Below, piece by piece: positions 39,957 to 48,410 of a DNA stretch of 64,000 nt (position 1 is the stretch's first letter; the number at the start of each line of letters is the position of its first letter). Below the pieces are notes generated by a model. The model saw nothing but the letters and a program-made list of their open reading frames with translations. It made no database searches and was not told the origin of the DNA. The DNA comes from Synechococcus sp. (GTDB lineage Bacteria; Cyanobacteriota; Cyanobacteriia; PCC-6307; Cyanobiaceae). The position numbers and the translations under genes are program-made. The stretch covers positions 1,216,001 through 1,280,000 of the forward strand of contig JBJBDL010000003.1 of NCBI GenBank assembly GCA_047285305.1, given 5' to 3'.

Positions 39957-39986
39957 CCCGATGTGCGCGTCACAGCGGGTTTTTTT
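39957..39986 (+). terminator. Rho-independent terminator with no upstream ORF
   Basis: CCCG-A-TGTG-loop-CACA-G-CGGG then T7. Confidence 0.65.
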
Positions 39987-40074
39987 ATGCCTGAACCACT
40001 AGCAGTAGTGCTTTTGAGGCGTTTTAAGGCTCGAAGCTGCAGGCAGGTCTACTGGGTCTGTGGATACGCGAGGC

Positions 40075-40104
40075 AAAAAGAAACCCCCGCCGAAGGCAGG
40101 GGCT
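40075..40104 (-). terminator. Rho-independent terminator of YRG peptide copy 2
   Basis: Nearly identical to 33791-33820 in reverse orientation. Confidence 0.8.
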
Positions 40105-40128
40105 TGAGATCTTCTGATTAAGCCTGGA

Positions 40129-40230
40129 TCACTTGGCGTAGGAAACGCCGCGGTATGTCAAGGCAGGCTTGTTGGAGTCGCCAGCAACTTTTTGCTGGTC
40201 GTACTTCTGGCCGCGATAGGTCAGGGTCAT
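40129..40230 (-). CDS. DUF4278-type YRG-repeat peptide, 33 aa (below ORF-track cutoff)
   Basis: MTLTYRGQKYDQQKVAGDSNKPALTYRGVSYAK; GAGGA RBS. Confidence 0.88.
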   Translation of the reverse strand: MTLTYRGQKYDQQKVAGDSNKPALTYRGVSYAK

Positions 40231-40248
40231 TTGTGGTTCCTCAGAAAT

Positions 40249-40304
40249 CCAGGTCCCCGTTCCTTGGCCTGGTGATCTGCGCCTCGCAGAAGCGAGGTGA
40301 ACGT
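40249..40304 (-). ncRNA. Glutamine riboswitch class II (Downstream-peptide motif), copy 2
   Basis: Minus strand CGTTCA-CCTCGCTTCTGCGAGG-CGCAGATCA-CCAGG-CCAAGGAACGGGGA-CCTGG; compensatory changes versus copy 1. Confidence 0.88.
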
Positions 40305-40309
40305 TGTTA

Positions 40310-40323
40310 GTAGCGGTTGCTAC
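40310..40323. promoter_or_regulatory. NtcA binding site downstream of TATAAA (40330-40335, minus)
   Basis: GTA-GCGGTTGC-TAC; 6 nt from the -10 element as in copy 1. Confidence 0.8.
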
Positions 40324-40532
40324 AAGCTCTTTATAAGAGCAAAGTCACCCCCTGTGTCGTTCAAGCGGATACACAGTGCGTTTCTGGCTGTTTTCAGCTC
40401 AATGCCCTCATCCAATATCCAGGCAAGCGGAGCTCAGAGCGATTGAAGCTCTGCTGCACCACTAGCTCTGCCAGTGCGGTGCGATTCAGTCGTGACCGCC
40501 CTGACTATTGCTAAATCGCTTCGTCTACTACT

Positions 40533-40612
40533 GAATCGCAGATAAGGTGATCTGCCCGCAAATCAAAGGCAGATCACCCGAGCCAAGCCCACCACCTCTG
40601 CGGGCAAGTCTC
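40533..40612. repeat. Hairpin+GAGCCAAG motif, copy B
   Basis: GAATCG-N7-GGTGATCTGCC...GGCAGATCACC-CGAGCCAAG. Confidence 0.75.
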
Positions 40613-40653
40613 ACCTAAGTTCATAACCTTAATATCCTTACCATGCCACCTCA

Positions 40654-40767
40654 ACGGATCGCGGCTACGTCAACTGGCTGGAGAAGTTGCCTTGCAACCG
40701 CAAGCTGCAATTGGTAAGCGGCTGGAGGTGCTGGAGAACGTTGGCCCCGTCCTTGATGTGTGTCTAA
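40654..40767 (+). pseudogene. Degenerate paralog of the 42908 ORF (start reads ACG)
   Basis: (T)DRGYVNWLEKLPCNRK versus MNRDYINWLETLSCNRR. Confidence 0.65.
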
Positions 40768-40859
40768 GGCCACAGTTTGCGTTGTTGACTTCCGGACATT
40801 GCACTGCCTGGACCACAGAGTTTTTGAAATTCGTGCAGGGTTGATGGATTCTACGTTTT

Positions 40860-41048
40860 TTGGAGTGCGCTGTGGGCTATTCCTACCGTGATTGTCTGAG
40901 CGAAGAGATTGAGATCCTTCAGTTAATGCTTTACCGGGACGAGTTGGTTCAGGATCCCAGTGCTCGCAAGTACTGTGAACCTCTCTTGGATAAATTAGAG
41001 GCGAATATAAAAGAACTTGCTGATCTCGATGCTCAGTTAGCTGCTTAG
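40860..41048 (+). CDS. Small hypothetical protein
   Basis: YSYRDCLSEEIEILQLMLY...coiled-coil-like C-terminus; start may be GTG 40872. Confidence 0.55.
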   Translation: MECAVGYSYRDCLSEEIEILQLMLYRDELVQDPSARKYCEPLLDKLEANIKELADLDAQLAA

Positions 41049-41195
41049 TTCCTATCAGCGATGGTTGTTTGGCGTGGCATTGAAGAAGTATAGATAAGCA
41101 TCCGGGCTGGTTGGTATGTTGATCGACTGCCGCCATGTAAAGCAGCGTTAACCGTGAACAACGAGTCATCACCTCGTTGTGGGAAAGTTCTGAGT

Positions 41196-41342
41196 ATGAG
41201 TCAAAACACAAAAGAGATTCCGGTCTGGGTCGGTGGCGAGTCAGGTCAACGGAAGCGCTACTTGAAATCGTTGGAGAAGGACCTGGAAGCTGATCTGGGA
41301 CCTGATTGGCGGAACGTGATTGAGCTTGCGAAGGACAGCTAA
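41196..41342 (+). CDS. Small hypothetical protein
   Basis: MSQNTKEIPVWVGGESGQRKRYLKSLEKDLEADLGPDWR. Confidence 0.5.
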   Translation: MSQNTKEIPVWVGGESGQRKRYLKSLEKDLEADLGPDWRNVIELAKDS

Positions 41343-41442
41343 CGCCTGCGCCTCGCTTTGATCTTTAAGGCTCGCTTATTGCGCCACACCGCGAGATAGC
41401 TGCCAAGACCTAAGCCAAACAGCAGAAGAAGAGGGCTCATCT

Positions 41443-41673
41443 TCAGTGGCAGCTCATGGGTTCATAGTCGGTTAGTACCCGATCTACTCGTGAGGCGTAT
41501 TTCTCGATAACAGACTCTCTCGCCAATACTCCTTCTGCCTCGTAGGGAGCCATTCTCCTGCCCATGCAGTTAATGACCTCATCGTTGACAAATTCTGCAG
41601 AACATCTTGCTTTGGCTTTCTCCATTGCATGCAGGACGATTGCGTTTTGACTCGCTAGGGCTTCGGTATCCAT
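41443..41673 (-). CDS. Small hypothetical protein
   Basis: 76-aa ORF, protein-like composition. Confidence 0.45.
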   Translation of the reverse strand: MDTEALASQNAIVLHAMEKAKARCSAEFVNDEVINCMGRRMAPYEAEGVLARESVIEKYASRVDRVLTDYEPMSCH

Positions 41674-41828
41674 AGCTGCCTTTAAGCGTGCAGCAGCTCT
41701 TTGTATTGCTTCGCATTGGATATATCCATAGCGTGAGAGCCAGGTACCAGGAAGACAAGCGGAAGCAGCAGTGGCCGTTTCACTTCAAAAGGCTCGGTAT
41801 GCCATCCAGTCTGGCTAATAGTTGAGGT

Positions 41829-42101
41829 ATGCACAAAAAGGGCCGCAGCTTTCACGAGTCGCCAGAAAAGGCTGGTGGTGAGGGGTGGCTGTATTCCGAC
41901 CAGCAGCAGAAGCTCTGCCACTTCAAGCCCGACACGGCGACGGTTCCCGCTCAGTGGGTAGCCATCAGGACCTACAGCTACGTTCCGCCCCGCCCGCCTG
42001 AGCCGATGACGCGACGGCTGTTGCTGCGGCACAACGCGATTGAGGCTTGGCAGACGATGCAGAAGACGGGCTGGAGGCGTTGTCCGCCGCCTGTGCGCTG
42101 A
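41829..42101 (+). CDS. DUF1651 family protein
   Basis: GWL...CHFKPD...RRLLLRHNAIEAWQTMQKTGWRRCPP; GAGGT RBS. Confidence 0.75.
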   Translation: MHKKGRSFHESPEKAGGEGWLYSDQQQKLCHFKPDTATVPAQWVAIRTYSYVPPRPPEPMTRRLLLRHNAIEAWQTMQKTGWRRCPPPVR

Positions 42102-42305
42102 TCAGATGAGGTCGTAGGCCCTCAATACCTGAACGCGAATGCCCCCAAGCTTTTGCCACGACTGCAGCGCATCCTCTTTGGACTGAAAGGGAAGCCAATC
42201 GTCTTCTTTTATGCGGCGCTGGATATGAGCCGCGACTCTTTGGGCTACGACCGCGTCGCTTTTAAAGCGAACGCTGATGGGGTGCCCATTAATTTTCAGC
42301 TCCAT
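42102..42305 (-). CDS. Small conserved hypothetical protein
   Basis: MELKINGHPISVRFKSD...WLPFQSKEDALQSWQKLGGIRVQVL. Confidence 0.6.
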   Translation of the reverse strand: MELKINGHPISVRFKSDAVVAQRVAAHIQRRIKEDDWLPFQSKEDALQSWQKLGGIRVQVLRAYDLI

Positions 42306-42366
42306 CAGCGAATCAAGAGTTCAGCCAGTTTGCCTTTGAGTACTGCTGTTGCTGCTTCTGCGCTGA

Positions 42367-42510
42367 TTAGCGAATAACCACCTTCTGAATAGGGCAATGT
42401 TCATTCGCCATCTGTCGCAAGACCGCAGCGACTCCATGAGTGTTGCGGAATGCTTGGTAGATAGCCAATTGGTTGTTTAGGTCTTGGCAGCTCTTGCTTT
42501 TGAGATCCAT
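42367..42510 (-). CDS. Small hypothetical protein
   Basis: MDLKSKSCQDLNNQLAIYQAFRNTHGVAAVLRQMANEHCPI. Confidence 0.5.
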   Translation of the reverse strand: MDLKSKSCQDLNNQLAIYQAFRNTHGVAAVLRQMANEHCPIQKVVIR

Positions 42511-42803
42511 TTGGTCAGTGCAGAGAACTGACTCAACGCTTGCCTTGGTTCGCCTGCAATTGGAGTGTGATCTGGCACCAATTGCTGATTGCTGCTGCTG
42601 CTGCTGACTTGGCGATTCAGGTCGTTCTGACTGGTTTGCTGCTGCCTTTGTGATGGCTGAGAACGGGGCCTCACACAATTTCCAGACAAGAGGAGACTTA
42701 GGTGCGAGGAGTATGGCTCCGCTGTATCACCAGCTCATGCGCGATCCACTGGTGCAGTTCAACACAGCCGTCTTTTCACTGCTGTATCGCGTCAACTACT
42801 ACC

Positions 42804-42884
42804 AAATCGTAGACAGGGTGATCCGGCCAGCCGTCGGACAGATCACCCGAGCCAAGACTGCCGTTCCCTCGGATATCTCGTCTC
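42804..42884. repeat. Hairpin+GAGCCAAG motif, copy C
   Basis: AAATCG-N7-GGTGATCCGGCC...GGACAGATCACC-CGAGCCAAG. Confidence 0.75.
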
Positions 42885-42907
42885 ATCTCCACCCCTAGCC
42901 ACGAATC

Positions 42908-43108
42908 ATGAATCGTGACTACATCAACTGGCTGGAGACGCTGTCTTGCAATCGCCGAGCGCCGAAGGTGAACCAGTGGATGGGTGGCTGGGCGCCAATG
43001 CCTGAAGAGATTGATCTGTCCAGCTACGAGGATTGGCAAGATCGAGAGGATCAGCGGAATCCCAAGGGTCTGATGTCTCGCCTGTGGCGTTGGACAAATA
43101 GTTACTAG
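42908..43108 (+). CDS. Small Trp-rich hypothetical protein downstream of motif copy C
   Basis: 66 aa; N-terminus conserved in the paralog at 40654. Confidence 0.65.
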   Translation: MNRDYINWLETLSCNRRAPKVNQWMGGWAPMPEEIDLSSYEDWQDREDQRNPKGLMSRLWRWTNSY

Positions 43109-43580
43109 AAGCACATGCAACGACTTTCTGTAGCCATCGCGACCTGCTTATCGGACCTTCACGGAAGAAATCCTTGATCCCAAAGCTCTCCGAAAAATGG
43201 TGTGCAGCACCAATGGGGACTCCCTATCAATGGATCCTGCGACATCTCCTCTTACGGCTGAGTGAACCATCGCAGCAGCACGGGAGAGCGACCCGTAGCT
43301 GGCAGACAATCCAGCCCCCATCCCACGGCAACTGTGGATGGGGCTGGCTTTCTGCGCTCTTCAGATCTCTGAAAAGAGTTGGTGCATTCGCGCTAAAACT
43401 TTGTATTGCAACGAACTTGTTTGCAGCGGATACCGCATCGCTCGGGGAGAACGTCGTTCTCCTCGCGGGTCCGTGGCCCCACATCCTTGATTCGGTAAGT
43501 GGCTGTTAGTCAGCCCAACCGATAGAAGGGGCTGTCGTCACAGATGTCGTCGAGAATATCGGTCATCTTTCAGGTTGGGC

Positions 43581-43814
43581 GTGAGAAGGGCATTGCTGGC
43601 GTTGTTGGTTCTGATAACACTGCCTGCACGGGGGGCGGAGCCCATTCGCCTGCAGGTGATTCCATATCAAGTGAGGAGGCAAGAGATACCTGTCCTGCCG
43701 TTCTTGCTGCCGCCACCTCCCTTGCTCTTAGAACCAGCCAAACCCAAGAAGCGCAGGCGAAATAGTGGTAGGCACCAGGTCTGGGAGGACGATTTTGATT
43801 GGCTGATGGATTAG
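43581..43814 (+). CDS. Small exported Pro-rich protein, copy 2
   Basis: Paralog of 32874-33107 with many synonymous differences. Confidence 0.7.
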   Translation: MRRALLALLVLITLPARGAEPIRLQVIPYQVRRQEIPVLPFLLPPPPLLLEPAKPKKRRRNSGRHQVWEDDFDWLMD

Positions 43815-44170
43815 TCATCCCCCCAGTACCAGCTACGTCGGTGCCCAGAGCTTGCACTTCTTCTTCTTCTTCTTCAGATGCTCGCCTTGCTGCAAGTGCT
43901 GCTGGCGTCTGGTCAGTGACGCAGTGAGCTTGGCTTTGGCTGCACCAAAGGCCGCATCTAGGCCAGCCTCATCAGTCCATTGGCCGCAGTGCTGCATATG
44001 GGTACGCACGTCGTGGCCCATTGATGCGGCGAGCTGTCTAAGAGGTATGCCGGTTAAGGCCCCTCGGTAGGCGTAGCCATGCCGAAGGCTGTATGAGGAG
44101 AACCTTCGGGCTTTCCCTTCGTGCTCTGAATCGCTACCTTCCGCGGAGACTAGAAAGCCCTGTAGTTGCG

Positions 44171-44602
44171 ATGAATTTTTTTCTGACCTTATTTGCTGTA
44201 TTTGGGATTGCAGCGTTCACGCCCATATCAGTTCAATCAGAACAAAAAGCAAGTGAAAATAATACTTTTAATTCGTTTTGGTCGGGGGCGTCGCAAGCCA
44301 GTGCAGGAGTAATATGTCATGCATATAAGAATGGAATGATTGAGGTAGACCAAGCTCTAGATTTGATATATAATGAATACCTTGTTGCTTATAATGTCGA
44401 GATGGATTCCTGGAATCCAGATATTGATTGGCAAGGCCAAAGCCTGGGTAGTTCTTTTGTGGCTTCTTTTGGGGAAGCGCTTGACAGAGCTGGATGCGAA
44501 TCTTTGAACGCTCCTAACTATCTTTTTGCTCCTGAGAAAGACAGCAATACAGACATTAAACCAGTTAAAAAGCCAGCTAAAAGACGTGTCGGAGGGATCT
44601 AA
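44171..44602 (+). CDS. Exported hypothetical protein (low GC)
   Basis: MNFFLTLFAVFGIAAFTPISVQS signal peptide. Confidence 0.6.
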   Translation: MNFFLTLFAVFGIAAFTPISVQSEQKASENNTFNSFWSGASQASAGVICHAYKNGMIEVDQALDLIYNEYLVAYNVEMDSWNPDIDWQGQSLGSSFVASFGEALDRAGCESLNAPNYLFAPEKDSNTDIKPVKKPAKRRVGGI

Positions 44603-44729
44603 GGGCGCCCTGCATGGATTCGCCCCGCCCACTTGACTTTGTTGGAGTAGCTCACCCCGCGGTATGTAAGAGCGGTCACGGCACGTGAGGCATTGCTCAT
44701 TGGTGCTTGGTAAGCCTTGCCAGTATTTT

Positions 44730-44769
44730 CATGGCATGCAGGGGGTCAGGAGTTCGCTTCTCCTTGGCT
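44730..44769 (+). repeat. Degenerate second attR-like copy of tRNA-Ala 3' end
   Basis: CATGGCATGCAGGGGGTCAGGAGTTCGCTTCTCCTTGGCT, 2 mismatches in 40 nt. Confidence 0.9.
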
Positions 44770-44943
44770 ACGTTCAAGAGAAGCCCAGCCTCTGGCTGGA
44801 TTTTTTATTGCCAATTCGCGGCGATGATCCCCCTCGATGCCCCGTGTTGGTGCAAAAAGATGAAGCGGTGCAAGCTCTGGGTATCCACCTAGCGAAAGGA
44901 GCTGGGCTGGGCACCTGAGGCTGGTTGAGGGCAGGATGGATGT

Positions 44944-45135
44944 ATGGGTAAGAAATCTAAGGAATCCAAGAAGTCAAAGAAGGCAATGCAGACCTGCTCT
45001 GTCCTGCTGTGGCATAAGACGACCATCAAGCGGATCAGACAACGCTTTGGTTTGAGTAAGTACCAAATGCTGTGGATCACCTTCGGCAAAGGTCTGCTGA
45101 TCGGCTACGTCCTGGCATTCCTGGTTCATCGCTGA
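44944..45135 (+). CDS. Small membrane protein
   Basis: WHKTTIKRIRQRFGLSKYQMLWITFGKGLLIGY. Confidence 0.6.
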   Translation: MGKKSKESKKSKKAMQTCSVLLWHKTTIKRIRQRFGLSKYQMLWITFGKGLLIGYVLAFLVHR

Positions 45136-45264
45136 ATGGACTCCACCCAGAAGCTCGTGGAGAAACTGGTTGAGAGGCGGATGCGGGTCACTGGAGAGTC
45201 GCAGGCGGTAGCCACTGCCAACGTGATGGCAGCTTTCGAGAAGCTGAGGAAAGACAAGGAGTAG
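45136..45264 (+). CDS. Small hypothetical protein, 42 aa
   Basis: MDSTQKLVEKLVERRMRVTGESQAVATANVMAAFEKLRKDKE, abuts the upstream stop. Confidence 0.55.
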   Translation: MDSTQKLVEKLVERRMRVTGESQAVATANVMAAFEKLRKDKE

Positions 45265-45496
45265 CCAGACCCGCTGCAAGCTTTGGGCTCCAGAAGCGAG
45301 CTAGATCGGGCTGCACCGTGGCGGCATAAGAAAGCCGGGTGCTGTCTCCAATCGCAACCAGGCTGACGCATTCACCTTGATGTAGCTGGACTTGGCCCGT
45401 CCCGTAGAACTTCAGTTATGGCTCAACTGTTCAGCCCGATACATGAGCTAACTGGCGCATTCACTTGGGGCCCCGGCGGCACCGTGGGCTGGCTGA

Positions 45497-45739
45497 TCAA
45501 AAACCGCGGCCGTCACGCTCCCGCATTTCCAGGCGGAGTTGCTGATAGCGAAGCAAGGCCCGCTCTTCATCCAACTGAGGAAACAACAAACGGGCCTCCT
45601 CCAAGCTTGGTGGCTCCAAGAGCCAGTCATCAGAGCGATCCGGGGCCACTTGCTCAGGCTTGCGTTCCCACGGCTGGCGTCCTGGTGCGACCCAGCCAAA
45701 CCAGCGACGAAAACGATCGAACAGCTCGAGTGGATGCAT
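45497..45739 (-). CDS. Small hypothetical protein
   Basis: 80-aa ORF, high-GC codon style. Confidence 0.5.
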   Translation of the reverse strand: MHPLELFDRFRRWFGWVAPGRQPWERKPEQVAPDRSDDWLLEPPSLEEARLLFPQLDEERALLRYQQLRLEMRERDGRGF

Positions 45740-45757
45740 CCGATCACCCTAAGGAGA

Positions 45758-45964
45758 TCACGAATCCAGGCGTTGGGATGCCTGCATGGCGTACGCCTTC
45801 GGGCGATCAGAAAAAACCTCCTCGTTTTGAGGCATCCGGCTCTGCGGTTGCCGCTGCCTCGGATCCTCCCCATTGCGCCAGGGGGTGAACATCAGGAAGT
45901 TGCCGGCCACCAGTCCTGCCGTCACGATCACTGCGGCAATCTGCTCGAGCTGTTCGATCTCCAT
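45758..45964 (-). CDS. Small single-TM hypothetical protein
   Basis: LEQIAAVIVTAGLVAGNFLMFTPWR. Confidence 0.55.
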   Translation of the reverse strand: MEIEQLEQIAAVIVTAGLVAGNFLMFTPWRNGEDPRQRQPQSRMPQNEEVFSDRPKAYAMQASQRLDS

Positions 45965-46239
45965 CCCTGCATTGTCCCGCGTTCTTCCAGCAGGGGTGTC
46001 CCCTGCATCGTCGAGGGCTTGGGATTCAGCTCGCTCTGCAGTTCAAGGCAAAGGGCGGCTCCCAGCATCACCGTGACTACGCCGAGTCCCTCACTCAGCT
46101 TGAGTCGCCTTCTGGGCTTGCGAAAAATACAGCGGGTCATGCCAGGCCCCTTGTTTCTCAGCCTGGTTTAACGCTTGTTTTCAGTTCAAATTGAAGCGTT
46201 GGCCACGAGAACGCTGGGAAAACTCTGAGACAACCGCTC

Positions 46240-46467
46240 TCAATCCTCTTTTGGGTTCTCCAGGTCGCGGCGGATCAGGGCCAGCAGGTAGGAGGGCGAT
46301 TTGTAGCGGGTGGGCAGGCAGCGGTTCAGCGTTTCCAGATGCCCCCAGCAGACGGTGCGTTCAATGTCTTGAACGGTTTTTCCCTGCTGGAGGAGACGCC
46401 GCAGCGCCTTGCAATACATCGGATAGCCCGCCTCTAATTCACCGATGGTGAGTTTCGCCTGAGGCAT
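46240..46467 (-). CDS. DUF3136 family protein
   Basis: LTIGELEAGYPMYCKALRRL...RTVCW...LPTRYKSP. Confidence 0.8.
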   Translation of the reverse strand: MPQAKLTIGELEAGYPMYCKALRRLLQQGKTVQDIERTVCWGHLETLNRCLPTRYKSPSYLLALIRRDLENPKED

Positions 46468-46512
46468 AGGACCACTGAAGCCAGTTCCAACCTATGCCCC
46501 CGCGGGCCAGGC

Positions 46513-46905
46513 TCAGCTGCCGAGCCAGGCGACGCAGTCGATTTCCACCCGTGCTCCCTTGGGGAGGGCTGCCACCTGAACGCAGGCGCGCGCTGGGCTG
46601 ACCCCCTCGCCGAACACCTCGGCATAGATGCCATTCACGGTTGCGAAATCGCCCAGGTCTGCCAGGAACACCGTAGTGCGCACCACCTGAGCCGGGGTGG
46701 CGCCAGCTTCCTTCAGCACAGCACAGAGGTTTTTCAGCACCTGATGTGTTTCCGCCGCCACATCACCGTTCCCCACCATTTCGCCGGTGGCTGGATCCAG
46801 TGGAATCTGCCCGGAGCAATAGAGCCACTCGCCGGCCAGCACTGCCTGGTTGTAAGGCCCAACCGGTGCAGGTGCGTCTTGAGTGGTGATGGCCTTGGCG
46901 CTCAT
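46513..46905 (-). CDS. ridA: RidA/YjgF family imine deaminase
   Basis: APAPVGPYNQA, SGQIP, PARACV...LPKGARVEID. Confidence 0.93.
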   Translation of the reverse strand: MSAKAITTQDAPAPVGPYNQAVLAGEWLYCSGQIPLDPATGEMVGNGDVAAETHQVLKNLCAVLKEAGATPAQVVRTTVFLADLGDFATVNGIYAEVFGEGVSPARACVQVAALPKGARVEIDCVAWLGS

Positions 46906-46969
46906 GGGCTGGTTCTCAACAGCAGTCACCACGATCATCGCCGTTGGTGATCCCCTGCTTCGCCATCGC

Positions 46970-47719
46970 TCATGCCGGCCGCCACTGGTCCTTGTGCTGA
47001 CGCAGCACGGCCAACTCCGCTGCTGAACCGGCCTGCATGAACAGGTTGGTGCGGCGTTCCATGCCGATGCTGCTGGGAAGGCTGAGCTCTCCTTGGGCAC
47101 GGAGCATCCGCACCTCCCGGTAGCGCTCAGCCAGAGCTGCGTTGCTGGGGCGTTGCTCAACGGCCCATTGCAGGTTGGCCTCGGTGTACTCGTGGGCACA
47201 ACAAACCCTTGTGGCCTCGGGCAGTTCCGCCAGCTTCTGCAGGGCCTGATGCATCTGTTCAGCGCTGCCTTCAAACAGTCGGCCACAGCCCCCGCTGAAC
47301 AGGGTGTCCCCGCAGAACAACAGGGGCCCGATCTCGCCGCCCTCCGGGTTCGGGATGAAAAAGGCGATGTGGGCCCTGGTGTGGGCCGCCACATCCAGCA
47401 CCTCCACCTCATGGCCAAGAACAGTGACCTGGTCCCCATCCCGCACCGGCATCGTCTGAAACGGAATCCGCTCCCGGTCCTCAGCGGCGGCAATCACCGC
47501 AGCCTGGGGCCAGCGTTCCAGCAACTCCGGTGTGCCGCCGATGTGGTCGGCGTGGTGATGGGTCTGCAGCACGGCGGCCAGGCTCAACTGCCGTTCGTCC
47601 AGCCAATCGCACACCGGCGGCGCCACGGCGGGGTCGATCACCACGGCCTCCGCGCCTCTCACCCAGATCCAGATCACGTTGTCCTGGAGCACCGGCAGGG
47701 CATGAAGTGAGGAATGCAT
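46970..47719 (-). CDS. gloB: Hydroxyacylglutathione hydrolase (glyoxalase II)
   Basis: [26 protein letters not shown]. Confidence 0.94.
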   Translation of the reverse strand: MHSSLHALPVLQDNVIWIWVRGAEAVVIDPAVAPPVCDWLDERQLSLAAVLQTHHHADHIGGTPELLERWPQAAVIAAAEDRERIPFQTMPVRDGDQVTVLGHEVEVLDVAAHTRAHIAFFIPNPEGGEIGPLLFCGDTLFSGGCGRLFEGSAEQMHQALQKLAELPEATRVCCAHEYTEANLQWAVEQRPSNAALAERYREVRMLRAQGELSLPSSIGMERRTNLFMQAGSAAELAVLRQHKDQWRPA

Positions 47720-47759
47720 CGTTAAAGTCCTGCCTGGTTAACCGGTCAGCGCTGGACCC

Positions 47760-48410
47760 ATGATCACCGTCGCGTTGGCCAAAGGAGCGCTGCTCAAAGA
47801 CTCGGTGGCCCGCTTTGCGGCGGCTGGTCTTGATTTCTCCGCTGTTCTGGACAAGAACAACCGCCAGTTGATGGTGCCCACCCCTTGTGGGCGTGCCCGG
47901 GCCCTGCTGGTTCGCAACGGCGATGTGCCTACCTATGTGGCCTACGGCCAGGCTCAGCTGGGGGTGGTGGGTTACGACGTGCTCAAAGAGCATCAACTCC
48001 CCGTTGCTCAACTGGTGGACCTGGGCTTTGGCGGCTGCCGCATGGCTGTGGCGGTTCAGGAGAGCAGTGGTTACACCCGGGCCGCTGATCTGCCTGCCCA
48101 CTGCCGCGTTGCCAGCAAATTCACCCACTGCGCCCGGGAATATTTCGATGCCCTCGACCTTCCCGTTGAGTTGGTTCACCTCAATGGCTCCGTGGAGCTG
48201 GGGCCAATCACCGGTATGTCAGAAGCGATTGTCGACCTGGTGGCCACCGGTCGCACCCTGCGGGAGAACGGCCTGATCGCCATCGAAGACCTGTTCCACT
48301 CCACAGCTCGACTGGTGGGGCACCCCCTGTCGGTTCGCCTCGATCACGGCCCCTTGGCCTCCATCGTTGATGCGATCCGCGCAGCAAAACCCGTCGGGAG
48401 CTCCAGCTGA
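47760..48410 (+). CDS. hisG: ATP phosphoribosyltransferase (short form)
   Basis: [31 protein letters not shown]. Confidence 0.96.
   Translation: MITVALAKGALLKDSVARFAAAGLDFSAVLDKNNRQLMVPTPCGRARALLVRNGDVPTYVAYGQAQLGVVGYDVLKEHQLPVAQLVDLGFGGCRMAVAVQESSGYTRAADLPAHCRVASKFTHCAREYFDALDLPVELVHLNGSVELGPITGMSEAIVDLVATGRTLRENGLIAIEDLFHSTARLVGHPLSVRLDHGPLASIVDAIRAAKPVGSSS

Larger units (their letters stand above)
33301..44769. mobile_element. Older, decayed tRNA-Ala-integrated region 2 (possibly several nested elements)
   Basis: Bounded by two tRNA 3' copies; integrase, TerS-like and excisionase-like pseudogenes; many small ORFs. Confidence 0.75.

Noticed and set aside
40264..40279. CAGATCACCAGGCCAAG in riboswitch copy 2 resembles the three-copy motif core
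   Set aside because: Not shared by riboswitch copy 1 and lacks the GGTGATC arm; treated as probable coincidence
27647..44769. Intact prophage, transposase, reverse transcriptase or known defence system
   Set aside because: No capsid, tail, DDE, YADD/RT or nuclease motifs recognisable in any ORF
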